A stretch of 64,000 nucleotides of DNA from Takakia lepidozioides (Eukaryota > Plantae > Bryophyta): the NCBI GenBank assembly GCA_030704615.1, contig CM060732.1, positions 32,922,001 to 32,986,000 on the forward strand, written 5' to 3'. Below the pieces are notes generated by a model, which saw only the letters and a list, made by a program, of their open reading frames with translations, ran no database searches and had not been told where the DNA came from. Positions within the stretch are counted from its first letter, which is position 1. Each line of letters opens with the position of its first letter. Positions 10,611 to 23,608 of the stretch are shown one piece after another. Position numbers and translations under genes: made by a program.

Positions 10611-13600
10611 TTATTCTGAATTTGAAACATATTCGTCACCCTCTGAATCACTCTGCTCAACTGGAATAGTGGTTGGTTGCACAAATGCCGCTTGAATGGT
10701 AGCCAACATAGCTAGGTCTTCTTTATGTAGAGCCGTGGCACCATGTAATGACCTAGGTATTGGCTGATCTGATAAGGTAGACGATGCCTGAAGGCCATCG
10801 AAATCTACATTTTCTCCAATGGCACATTGATCTATGTCTGCCACAATCTTTTTTGCTCTTGGATCCTTCCGAAGGACTACCTTCCACTCCGAACTTGGGG
10901 ACTCATCCGAAAAGAACACCTGTTCAACTTGAGATGGAAAGATGAACGGCTGATCATTGGCGGGTAACATCCTCCCAAAATTCGCAAGTAGAAAACCATA
11001 CGAATCCCGCTTCATTGTAGCATTTTGTCCAACGAGGTTGGCCCTCACCCAAGCACAACGAAATACAACGGGGTACACTCGTCCATAATCCAATTTCAAG
11101 ATCTCTTTGATGACCCCCACGTACTCTAATGGTGACATGACTAGATTTCTATCACGCACACTATTTTTGCTCTGTTGCTGGAAGACGGATGCAACTCCAG
11201 AATCAAAAGAGACAAGAAGACGACTCTCCGTGTCATCCACTCGAAAATGATTTCCATATGCCTTCATGCCACGAAATGAAGCTGATCTCAATGAGGGGGG
11301 AGTAGACAATGAATTACATCCGTATCGTCAACACTATGCTCAGAGACATGGACCTGGACTGCACGGCGTATCCATACCGGTAGGGGTGGAAACTCCAACA
11401 AATGGGGAGGGTATGGCACCGGAAGGCTGCGGTGACGTCGATGATTGGCACGCCACTCACAAGCACATGCCACTTTGTCTGCAGTGAACTGTGCCTTCTC
11501 TGTTGCATACTTTCTGTCACAAAATGGCAACAAGAATGACACATATTAGCAATGAAGTGTTGCATTACTTTGCAAAAAATATCTAGCATGAATGATACTT
11601 TGAAAACCACTGGATAAGTGAGCAGAATGACTTGTAAATGAACATGCTCTTCCAAAAAGTCACTCACTGAGACATTCAGTTACTATAGAAGTGGTTATAA
11701 TCACGATGAACCACTGACATTTGTGACTTTGTGGGTGGTTTTATTACACTGGTGTCAGTCACAATTGCAATTGAACTTGATATGAATAAGGTGCAATGAA
11801 AAGAAGAACTCACTGCACCCAAGGAACCATCACATTGGTATTGTTCAGCACATACAAATGTGTTGCATCTCTCTCAGCTCCACTTTGTCCCGCTTTTTGC
11901 CGACACCTTCCAAGACCTCGTTCTCAGCCCTTTCCTCCGCATTTGCATCCCAAATCCGCCGTTGAGTTGCATCAAATGATTGCATATACTCACTCATGAA
12001 CCCCATGGCCTCATCAAGAACATACCCTGCAGCCATACTCCCTTCTGGCTTTGCGTAATTCCTAACGTATCCCTTCAAATCTTTCATGTAACGCTCCATG
12101 GGATACATCCACTGTGAAGACACCGGACCACATGTGTCTAATTCATCTACGAGATGAACTAGCAAATGGGTCATGACATCAAAGAAAGAAGAGGGGAACT
12201 CTTTCTCTAACAGACACAAGGTTATAGCAACATCCTCACGCAATGAATCTATTTCATTAGGGTCCCATATTTTGGCACAAATCCGGCGGAAAATGCGACT
12301 CACACGCATAATGACCCCACGTGGGTCTGGAGCCATGCAATGGCGAATACACACAGGTAAAATCTGATGCATTAAAACGTGATAATCATGGGATTTCATA
12401 CTCGTCAAATGTTTCCTAGACGGGTGTATGTGTTTCTGAAATGCACCTGCAAATCCCGAAGGAGTTTTGATAGCCCCCAAAGTATCAAGAAATATCGTGA
12501 TTTCAACGGGAGTGAGAACATACGGTGCTGCTGGTTTCATGATACGTGAAGGGTTCTGTGGATCAGGCCGAAGCCACAAGTGACGTCTGATGCCGATTAC
12601 CTCCATGTCGTTCCTCACCTTCACCGTGTCCTTCCATCCAAAAATCATCTTCAACAAGTTTTCACAAAAATTCTTTTCGCAATGCATGGGATCCAGTAAG
12701 TAGCGTTGCAACAGATCCTGCAATACATGACACCATTTCAGGAACATACGGACAGATTGCAGTCCTGTACAAATCAGATTCATTTATGAGCACTATATAC
12801 TTACATATCTAAAGTGGCTGTGATGCATGACAGTCCTTCCTCAGTGGTTCAAACAACTCATTTAGTGCATTATTAGCCTTTCAAGTGATGTCAACAACTT
12901 CCTAAGCATCATGGATACTACCTCTGACCACTCCACGAGTTATTAATGTGAAGTCCAAATTACATGCAGTACTGCTACTTTACCACTCGGAAAGTAAGAA
13001 GTAACCACTACAGGGGCACTACCTTTTCCATTTACAAAGAACATTGAACTCAAACAAGTACAAGTGCATGGGATACCTTCCAATATGGTAAATCCCATAG
13101 GCAGCTGCGCCTTTTGATACCATGAACCTTGGCTGGATGAACTTCAGCATCAGGAAAAGCACGGGGGTCAAGGTCATAACCTTCAACCTCAACACCAGCG
13201 GCCTCTTGTTCAACCGGTGTGAACGGATGTGGCTTCGCACGCATCTCCACCTGTCCATTGAAGTGTATGCGGTTCCTACGGTATGGATGGGCTTGAGGGA
13301 GGAGCCTGCGGTGACCTTGATAGACAGTTTTGCCCAAAACTTTAGAGTGTCTTGCATCTACATGAGGACCGCAGACTGGACACCCTTTGTAACATTTTGT
13401 GACACATCCTGCAAGTAGGCCATAAGCAGGAAAATCGTGGATGCTCCATAGTAGTATGGCGCGTAGTATGAAGGTTCTCTCACCAACAGGTTTGCATATG
13501 TCTGAACCCCCCTCCACAAAACAAGTAACTCCTCCATCAGTGGTGCTAAGTACACATCTATGTGCTCACTTGTAACTGACTGCTTTCCTGGAATCAAGAG

Positions 13601-14804
13601 AGTAAGCATGACAAAGAACTTCTTTGTAGTGAGCCACGGAGGTAGGTTGTATACCAGCGTCAACACTGGCCATGTTGACCAGCAATTGTTTTTATCACCA
13701 AATGGGTTGACTCCATCGAAGGAAAAACCAAGCCTTACATTGCGAGGCTCTGCTGCAAAGTCGGGCCAGGTAGCATCAATGTGTTTCCAAGCCTTTGAAT
13801 CAGCTGCATGGCGCACAAGGCCATCGTTGCTTGCATTTTGACTGTGCTAGGTCATTAATTCTGCAATAGAAGAGCATCTATACACACGCAAAAGGCGTGG
13901 TGGTATCAATGGAAAATGTCGAAGCACCTTAACAGGTACCTTGGATCTCCCCACATTTTTTAATCGTGCGCTTTGACACTTGGGGCAACTCTCTGAAGTT
14001 TTCAAGTCCCCCCTAAACAACACACACCCCTTTGGGCAAGCATCGATCTTCTCATAAGCAAGCCCAAGCTTGCTCACCATGGTCTTTGCATGGTAGAAAG
14101 ATGTGGGTAGTACGTTTGGTTGTGGCAACAAGGTTTTCTGCAGCAAAGAGAAAATTTCCTCCGCAAAGCCATTTGTAACCCCATGTGTTCATTATAAGCA
14201 TGGTGGCTGCAAGCTTAGAGGATTTACAGCCTTCATATAAAGGTAGACATGCCTCTTCCAATGAGATGGGATCATCAGTTTGAGAGTCCCCACCCGCAAC
14301 CGGGTCATGGGCTTTTTCTGGGGTGTTTGTGTCACATTGAACATCTATATCATCTAACTCCACTTCTGGCCCATTTGCAATTTCAGGTGTGTCTATGATC
14401 TGAAAGGTCTCTTGGATCATGCACTGCACCTCAACATTCAAGTCCAATTGTCCATGTGTCCGGTGAGGCTGTCCTGCGATTCCGGCAACACGATCCCGAT
14501 TAATCCCTCCATTTGCTGAAGCTACGTCCTGACCGACCTCCATGGCCTCCTCTTCCCATTCATCATCAGAAGCATGCCTCATTGCTCCTCTCCAGGATCT
14601 GAACACAGGGGATTTGCCGTTGTCGATTAGATGTTTTCTCACTCTGTCTAACGCGACAGGTTGTCCTCCACCTTTACACTTCCTGCAAGGGCATGTGCAC
14701 TTGTTGATACCATACTCTCGACATTGGGCCTCTTCACGTTGCCAAAGAGCATCGTCACGCTCTCGACACCGGAGCAGGTGGGCAACCGCTCTGTCAGGCT
14801 CCAT
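10611..14804 (-). pseudogene. CACTA TnpD-like transposase (transposase-associated, Transposase_21, DUF4218- and DUF4216-like regions)
   Basis: Motifs CPCRKC..VRKHLIDNG; YEKIDACPKGCVLFRG; RHAADSKAWKHID..FAAEPRNVRLG..DGVNPFG; HDFPAYG; LDPMHCEKN; MKSHDYHVLM; FFDVMTHLLVHL; WMYPMERYM; PFIFPSQVEQVFF. Stop at 13847 and frameshifts near 14185 and 13517; contains introns. Confidence 0.92.
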
Positions 14805-15319
14805 GATGCTAAGGAATTCCTTGCCTGGTATGAGGGAGAGAATCAAGATTAATAGACCAAGTCCATAAGAAGGACTTACAGCATGATACTGTCACTACTC
14901 ACAGACTTGTAAAAAACCACTTTTGTGAGTGGTTGTTTCAGAGGTCATCATTCTACTTTAAAACTATACTAAGAGTGAGTATAACTATGACAGTGCAGAA
15001 AATAGAAAAAACATGATTGTTGTCATCTACAAACCACCTTCTTAGTAATATTTGGAGCGGATTTAACCACTCATTTAATGAGCTAGCAGACCCTACTTCT
15101 AGCTACAAGGTATATTGCTTTAAGATTGGATATCTTTAAGGTGGTGAGTAGCAGCCCAACCCATTCGTTGCATCTCTTATTGGCATCAAGCGTCAGCCCA
15201 TTTGTTGTCATGTGTTTGTATCTACAGCCTAAGCCATCAATCAGCAGCGAATGTTGACATTGTAGGGTGTATTACTATACTCTCTCTTCCTTTTTTTGCA
15301 AAAGGCCGAGAGTCCTTCT

Positions 15320-15538
15320 ATGGCAGATAGTGAACGCAGCCCAAAACACAAGAATGACGATTACACTGGAGGCGATTTGGCAAGAGCCGTTGCTGAAGCT
15401 AATGGTGGGGGAGAAGAGGAGTCACTTACCCCAGGAGAAGAGGATGGGATGCTCGCATATGAAGCCTTCCGTGCCCAAAGAATAGCCGAGAACAAAGCCT
15501 GGTTGTTACAATGGCAACAGAAGGGCAGTCCTGGGTAA
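15320..15538 (+). CDS. Small 72-aa ORF inside the CACTA element (YE..R..RI.EN motif)
   Basis: ATG at 15320; acidic N-terminal half, then AYEAFRAQRIAENKAWL. Could be an exon or a remnant. Confidence 0.35.
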   Translation: MADSERSPKHKNDDYTGGDLARAVAEANGGGEEESLTPGEEDGMLAYEAFRAQRIAENKAWLLQWQQKGSPG

Positions 15539-16116
15539 ATCAATGCAGTCTCCACGCTCCACTACTCTACATGCAGTGCTCACCTCCTTCTTCATTGTTT
15601 GGCTCACATTCTCAGCTCCTCATTTGCTCAAGTAACACTTGCATTGCGCTTCCTCTCGTTCGTGGCCCAACGTAGCCTCCCATGCGTTGCCATCGGCCAA
15701 ACTCGCTGGTGTTACATAAACGACGTCCCTAGATTACAATAGCCTCTCACTGACTGCCATGTCACCAATGAGCAGTTGTTATGGACACTAAGGTAGTGGT
15801 TACTTTATACCCTAGTTTTTATTTTGGAAAAAAACGACGTGTCCACATCCCATTTCTGTCACTGGATGGACGTGGACCATCCGATGCAACCCGGTGGACA
15901 ACGTCGCGACAGGCCTCTCATTTTTTCTCTACTCACACACACAGTCTCTCGCGTTTTTTGCATAAGGAGCTTTTACACACTGCTGACTCCCTCTCTTGTT
16001 ACTGTTCTCCGAGTTCCTACTGTAGAGAGAAAAAATGCGCCTCGCGAAAAGCCCGTTACGTGTGGAATGGCCCATTGCGAAGAAGTAGTCGTTTGAGTGC
16101 AAATACTCCTGTTCAC

Positions 16117-19100
16117 ATGGGTGTGGGGGAGAAGGAGTCGAGCGACTTGGAGAAGAACTCGGAGGAGGATAGTGCTGCGACTCGTAGTCCAGACTACTCA
16201 CCAGAGAGCGAGAGCGCGGAGGAGGAGGACGTGGACAGTGTTGAGAAGCTTGAACCAGATTGTCCACAAATGACTCCTACCAAGCGGCCTGCTAGGACTG
16301 CCACCCCCACTAATGAGGCTAACAAGATCGCGGTGGGATCCCTAAGACCTCTCTCTTTTCTCTCTCTCTCTCTCTCTCTCTCTTCCAAGGTAAAGTCACA
16401 TTACCTTTCGTACGAGTCTTACAAACCTAGTTTTTGGCCATGTTTAATTCTGTAAGTACGCCGGTTGGGTGGTGGTGAGGGCACCTTTTTCTTCAACCTA
16501 TTGCAGCCTATTTTCCCCTCTCATCAGACTTAGCTGTGAATGCATGTTAAACCCTAAAGTTAGCTGGTTGGGTGGTGGTGAGGGCACCTTCTTCTTTGAC
16601 CTATTGCAACCTGTTTTGCCCTCTCATCAGACTCAGCCGTGAATGCATGTTAAACCCTAAAGTTAGCTGGTTGGGTGGTGGTGAGGGCACCTTCTTCTTC
16701 AACCGATTGCAGCCTATTTTTCCCTCTCATCAGACTCGGCCGTGAACGCAATAATAATTCTGAAGTTAGGTGGTTGGGTGGTGGTGAGGGCACCTTCTTC
16801 TTTGACGTATTCGTGTTATGTTTTGCCCTATCATCAAACTCGGCCCTTTCAAATGCATGTTGAATTCTGCAAGTTAGCTGGTTGGGTGGTGGTGAGGGCA
16901 TCTTCTTCGTTGACCTATTGAAGCTTGTCTTGCCCTGTCATCAGACTCGGCCCTGATTAATGCATGTTGAATTCTGTAAGTTAGCTGGTTGGGTGGTGGT
17001 ACCTTCTTCCTTGTCGTATTGCAGCCTGTTTTGCCCTGTTATCAGACTCGGCCCTGAATGCATGTTGAATTCTTTAAGGTAGCTGGCTGGGTGGTGGTGA
17101 GGGCATAAGTTCTTCTTCTACCTATTGCCGCCTATTTTGCCCTGTCATGAGACTCGGCCCTGAATGCATGTTGAATTCTGCAAGTTAGCAGGTTGGGTGG
17201 TAGTGAGGGTACCTTGTTCGTTGACCTATTGAAGCCTGTCTTGCCCTGTCATCAGACTCGGCCCTGAATGCATGTTGCATACTGCAAGTTAGCAGGTTGG
17301 GTGGTTGTGAGGGCACCTTCTTCTTTGACGTATTGCAGCATGTTTTGCCCTCTCATCAGACTCGGCCATGTCAACTGCATGTTGAATTTCTGGAAGTTAG
17401 CAGGTTGGGTAGTGGTGATGGCACCTTCTTCTTCAACTTATTGAATAGTGAAAGGGGTTTTTTTAAGCAGCGAGACTTTCAGGTCAGATCTATCAACATG
17501 AAATTGTACCTGTAAGAATGAGTGTACTCCCAAGATGTTGTTTGCCGTTGTTTGTCCTTGCACCCACATTGTTTGGTCAACAAAGGTACAGGTAGAATTG
17601 CCTAGGTAGATTTGACGAGAGGGTCTGTCTGCTTAGAAAACCCCGGACAGTTTAGATTTTTAGAGAGAGGGAGGGAGTCAGCTACAATACAGCTTGGTTT
17701 TGTCATGGGTTTTTCAATTACAACAGTGGGTACAGATAGGCTTACCCCCACTGAGTTTAAATTCAGTGTATTTTGCCCTCTCATCAGACTCGGCCCTGAA
17801 TGCATGAGGGAGGGTATTTTGGAATGGGCAGTGTATATTTTGTAATATGGAAATGGACGTGGGTCATTGCAAGGTTGCCAGAGCATGACATTCCATGCAT
17901 TCACAGCATCGGATGCCAAACATTTTAAAGCACATTGGGCCAAGGTCTGTATGCGTTCATTGCTAGCATGCAGGTTCAACTTTTGCCATGCCACTTCTTT
18001 TTTTCCCTAAGTTCCAACTCTGTGGGGTGGAGGGGCTTGTGTTAGGCTGCATCAAAGCGTGCAAAGGAAGGGGGACCTCAGGCTATGGCTCCTGCTGCTG
18101 GTCCACCTACGACATGGGTGCAACAAGCCCCGAATGGGCCATGGGTACAGTCCACAGGCGGGCAAACGTGGCTGCAACAAAGACCGCCTACCTGGCAGCA
18201 ACCCATGGCCCCACTACCCACAACCAATTCATGGTCATGGATACCAGGTGGGTCCAATTCCGGAGGTAATGGAGCATGGGTACAAGGAGCTGCCCAAACT
18301 TGGGCACCTTCTTGTCCCACTGCTGGTGGGCAGTGGGCAGGCCCCCCTTTTAATGGTGGTCCTCCTCCATTCACACCCCCTCATGGTGATGATCACGATT
18401 CCACACAACAAGGGGATGTGCATTCTGAGGCTGTAGACAAAAAACGTGCAAAGAGGCAGGCTTCAAAGGCACAAGACACTAATGCCAAATCCCGAAAGGC
18501 CGCTGGGTTGAAGGCGCACAAGGTACAACTAAATTCTAAGGGGGCAGTAGACCAGGGGTGTGAGGGGAAGGATTACTGGCAAAGCTCCTTGCGGGGACTG
18601 TGCATCAGATATCTTGATCCTAGCATTTTGCTAGCAGACAAGCAAGAACCCAGTGACATGGCCAAGGTTAAGGAAGCCATGGACAAGGATTTTGAGTACA
18701 ATCCTCAACCTATGAGCGTATCCAAGTTCCATGCAGCATGTGAGAGGATTGTAAAAGTGTACCGCCAGAAACTGAAGTTGGGGTGGAAGGCTGGAGGTTC
18801 ATGCTCTCCGAGTATAGAGTCCACCCATTGGGATGCATTGGTGAAGTATTGGGAGTCCCCCAAGGGGCAGAAAGAGAGTGAGAACATGAAGAGAGCACGA
18901 TTCAGTGTTACCAACCCATCGAGGGTTGGAAAAGCAGGGATGGCTGGACAGGCAAGGCGCTTGGTAATATGAATACCTGCACCACATGTATTAGTATATG
19001 TATATGTGTATGCATATTTACATGGTCTATGTGCATGGAGTAGGACAGTAGAGGCGCCCTGTGAGTTTGTTGCAAAGTGGTGGTACAGTCTGGACTCTGT

Positions 19101-21049
19101 AAACTTGGAAATGATTTCATGAGTAGGGGCTTACTTGTTTTTGTTGTGACACTGGCAGAAGAAAGACCGAGCAAGCAGTCCAAGCTTGACTGAGCTGGCA
19201 CACGCCGCAAAGGTGGACAAAGGATATGGCTCCCAGTCATGTCATGATGTAGAGGTAAATGTCGTGCGGCCCTTACTTTGTCACTACCTAGATTTATTGC
19301 ATCAGCAGACAGACCATACAAACTCATTATCTCCATGTTGTTTGGGTCTGTAGGGAGGAGGGAGTGCGATGTAGGCTCGACTGTCCCATCTTGAGGGTAG
19401 TGTGGTTGCCTTGTCAGAAACCCAGATCCGCACGATTGAGGGCGCATTGGCCACTATAAAAGTTGAAGTGGCTAAGGCTTCCAAGGACAATGCCCAAAAA
19501 TTGGATGCATTGATGGCAATGATGCTGGGAATATCGACGCCCGCCCCTCCTCCAATTGCTATCCCAACATGTCTTTTAATTGCACCAGTGGATGATGACG
19601 CAGGCTTGGAAGGCAACACTTTTATGCAAGAGGTGGGTTACATTATTCTTCACCCCACGTTTTGTTTTTTTGGCGTCCCTAAAGTGTTTCTTGAGTTTGA
19701 GATGAGCTGTTGTGGTATGTTTTGCTCAGGTGCAGGAAGAAGCTCCACAAGTTGGGGAAAAGCCACATTCAGTGGTTGAGGACCCTGTAATCACTACTGT
19801 ACGGGTGGGGCGCAAGGGGGCTCTTGAAAAATTGTCACGCAAGAAGGGAGGTGCAGGTGGGATAGCACTGGCTGCTGGTGATGACGTCTGCTCCATTGAC
19901 AGTACTGGTAAGGGTGACAGTAGGGTGTTGGCAGACAAGAATGTACCTATTCCTCACCAGGCAACTTCCCCACAGAAAGAGGTACCTCCTCCCAGACTTT
20001 ATCTTGTTTCATTTTCTTGGGCAGACTGTCCGTCATCTGTTACTCTCATGTATGTTTTATTTAATGGTGTGCGTGACACCAATACAGCCATGAATGCATT
20101 ATGAACATGTTGGTAAGTACTCATGTACTGTACCATGTTGTTTCTGGCATGTAAATAGGGGAGAAAAGCTGAGGAGCCTGCCCCAGCCGTCGTGAAGGGA
20201 GCTGAAAAGAAACAAACACGAAAAACTGAACGTGTGACCAGAGCCACTGTTGCCAAAGACACTTTCAAAATGGCAGATGCAATTGGCGACATAACACCAG
20301 CATCTAGCGGGAGTAAGGATCAGGTGGGCCTTGAGGAGGCACCTGGTCCTACTGTAATCCCCGTACTAGAGGTGAGCACCCATAAGCCTTCCCTGTTGGC
20401 TACGTTTGTTGTAGAATGTGGTCATTTAGCCATGTTGGGTAAACGGCTGTGACATTTACATGACTTTAGAGTTCTAAGGGGTGTTGGGGGGTGATGTTTG
20501 TAGGCTGAGAAAGCTGCTCTTCATACTTCCACATGCACTGTACCAATTGCGCCTGCATCAAAGCCAACCCCCACAATTCAACCCCCTGCCACTCTCACAG
20601 ATCCACTTATGCTATCAAAAGTACTGTACTTCTTTCAGTTTTTAATTGTAGTTGACGTTCCTCATTCTCTAGCTTTCAATACCATCAGTACATGTATGAC
20701 TTCATGGGTTGATTCATATGCATTTTGTGGTGGGTGTTGGGTGCAGTTTAAGATGAAGGACAAAGTCCACATGTATGATCCTTTATCATCACGACATAGG
20801 GTCGGCACTGGAGTTGTCACTGGTGTGCCTGGCAAAAACACATACCACTGTCGAGTTATTCTTGAAGGCATGTACCGTGTTGAGGTCCAGTATGTCCATG
20901 TTTCACATTGTGTGTTGCTTCATCCTAATGAGGAAGATGACCCACCGCAAACCAAGTTGGACCACGTCCTTGGTAGTGGCACTTATGGAAAACTCGATGC
21001 AGGAATCCTTCTCAGGAGAGACAACCACCATCTCCTCCCTTCTTTCTAA
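16117..21049 (+). CDS. CACTA TnpA/Ptta-like second gene (multi-exon; exon structure approximate)
   Basis: Acidic first exon from 16117. The 18085-18972 segment has WDALVKYWESPKGQKESENMKRAR..PSRVGKAG (Transposase_24-like). Coiled-coil exon at ~19353-19632. C-terminal exon ~20747-21049 (VGTGVV..YHCRVI..YRVEV..LLHPNEEDDPPQTKL) resembles the TNP1/Transposase_23 C-terminal domain. Confidence 0.65.
16463..17440. repeat. Minisatellite, 10 x ~103-bp, in a putative intron of the CACTA second gene
   Basis: GGTTGGGTGGTGGTGAGGGCACC units start at 16463, 16566, 16669, 16772, 16880, 16987, 17085, 17191, 17295 and 17403; partial copy at ~17770-17805. Confidence 0.92.
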
Positions 21050-21599
21050 TGTTTTCTATGATCTAGGAGTGGAGTCAAGAAAAGCGTGGTTGAAAACTTG
21101 TGTAGATATCAAACGAAATTCGGGAAGCGTGGCAGCCTCATGCTAACTTTCAGGCCCCACTTGGGGCAAACACAACCTTATTTGCTTCTCCCCTGGGCAA
21201 GACACCTGCATCTAGGCTGAGCTCCCCCCTTCATGCTGGCGAGATCACCACGCAACACTCCATAGTGTCCCCTGAGTTCAAATGGGATGTTAACTAGAAG
21301 CATCTTAAGCCATCCTCGACTGGCTCCAGGCTCCACTATCGGTAGGATAGCTTCAACGGTAGTCTTCGCCTCTCCAGGAGGGTTTGTGATCTGGTTTTCG
21401 ATAGCTCTAAGCCCCTACGAGCTTAATCCCAAGGTGCTTATCTAGATAGGTTCTCAGCAATTTCAATGGACCACTATCCCTTCTTTCGCCAATCGGCCCC
21501 TTAAGATTAGTTTTAGCTTATTAGAACCTTGAAATTAGTTTGGCAGTTTGCTATGGATTCTTGATCAGTCTCTCTACATGAGATGATAGGTTCTCCCTT

Positions 21600-22070
21600 C
21601 ACTGAAATCGGTGTGTGTGCCTTTGGTCCCTATCTTGATGCAGACAGATCACCAACCAACAAAGCAGCCGTTTTGTTCCAATTCACTTTAAAGCCTGATG
21701 CATAACAGAAGGCGTTGCGTGTTGTGGTAGCTAGGTCCAGATTTTGCTATCCACCTGAAGCATCAAGAAGGAATCATCTACGAACATAGAGTGCGACCAT
21801 TCGGTATGACTTTGCTTGAAGAGGTAACCAGCAGAATTTCAACCCAATAGCAAAAGGATTGAGGGAAGCCGATTCTCTTAAGGGTTGCCAAAAGGAAGCT
21901 CCACTCTACTCTATCAAAAGCTTCTCAAAGTCCAGGAGTAAAAGGGCAATGGCTTGATTGGTTTTAAGAGCGTAGTCATGAGGTAACTCTTGAGCTAACA
22001 AGAGATTGTCCAATATGTATCTGCCCTTAATAAAGCCAGTCTGGTTAGGAATTATTTTGCGAATGTAGCA
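21600..22070 (-). mobile_element. L1-type LINE reverse-transcriptase fragment (degenerate)
   Basis: Manual minus-strand translation gives QTGFIKGRYILDNLLLAQE...LLLDFEK/FDRVEWSFL..L.RIGFP, then MFVDDS and ASGFKVNWNKT, with frameshifts and an internal deletion. Confidence 0.8.
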
Positions 22071-23608
22071 AAAGGCATAAGTCAGCCTGTCACGAATGAT
22101 AGTGTATTAAATTTGTCATCACCCAATACTATTCTTCAAGTCTTTCACGTAGAGGTTTGAGCACGGGGTGGTCATTTTGGTGGGGGGAGGGGGTTTGTAG
22201 ATTTATTATTGAGCACTATTGGGCGACTCTAAACCCGCCCCCCAAATGGTTAAAGTGTTGGATTTTGATGCCATGGATTGCTTCAGTTTCAAAAGGGAGT
22301 GGTCATTCGGTATAGATTGATTGCATTGCGAGAAGTTGTTTTAATGGGAATGTATGGATGAGTGTTAGGAGGGTGTTAGGAGGGATATATTACCAATGAG
22401 CACGATTACATCTTGCGGGTACCCAAAATCAGACATGATGGCGAGCATGATCAATGGAGCCAAATGCATTTTTCAGATCAATATATAATAGATATATATC
22501 TTGCGCAGTAAATCTTGAATCTTCTCGGGCAGAGGTTATAAGCTCGATTTGTCTGGTTGCAGTGCTGCTCTAAACCGTTCTTGTGAGTCGCTAAGACTCC
22601 AATGTTGTTCTCTATAAGATGTGAGGAGGGTAATCAGTGCTAGTGAAAAATTTATACATGGTATTGTCAAGAGCTATAGGTCTCTAAGTGCCTAGTTGAG
22701 TAAGGTCGTCTTTTTATAGATGAGTATTGTTTTACTATCTTGCCAGATTTGCTTTTTTTTCTTTTTTTTTTTGGTAAGAAAAGGAAACCTGAGAGCGACT
22801 CCTCACAATTCAGGCCCTTGAGGAGGGGGAAAAGTTTTGGGCATTTGAGGGAGTTGATAGCATAAGACAAAGAAGCGTTAGATTAACCGATGCAAATGTG
22901 GATCCAATGCTTTGAGGAGTTCATTTGGTAAAATGTGGATGCTTTGAGTATTTCATTCGGTACTTGGACTAGTCGCTCTGAAATTGGAAAGAGATTTTAA
23001 ACCTCCCAATTAAAATTTCTAATTTTGGGGGTGTCTTCCCATGTATCACCTCCTCTCCTTTGCTATGTAACATCTTTGTTACTGAACATAACAATTTATG
23101 AGAAACAACTCCAACTTCATTATGGACAAAGTAGATTCCACTCTTCACAAAGAAGAGCCATATGGGACCACCCGCTTGTTTTTCAGGCAATGAAACATGG
23201 CATGATCGACCCTCTTACAATATGACTTAACAACCCTCCTAACCGAAGATGGTCACTTTAAATAAATTGTATGTATCCCCAGTATTTCCTAGATTTATTT
23301 TTCCGGTCATAAAAGGTAAACCATTTACCCTTCTCCCAATGGCCATTACCATTCACTCAGAGGATATAGAAATCGTTAAGTTTCCATCTACCCTTATCTA
23401 TAGGATAAACAAATTTCCTATACATAAATTACTTTCATACAAGATAATAATCTTCTAAATTCCATTTATCCTACCCGGAGGATAAGCAAAATCCATTTAC
23501 CCACACATGAGTGCTGTATTCCTATCTTGTGCACTACGTTGGGTAGATTCAGTGAGCCATACAATATACAGAGATGGGCTTGGTTATGTCCACAACCCAT
23601 CAGCATTG

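Larger units (their letters stand above)
10611..21049. mobile_element. CACTA (En/Spm) DNA transposon, decayed, with divergently oriented ORFs; termini not identified
   Basis: TnpD-like transposase on the minus strand and TnpA-like gene on the plus strand, described below. Confidence 0.85.
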
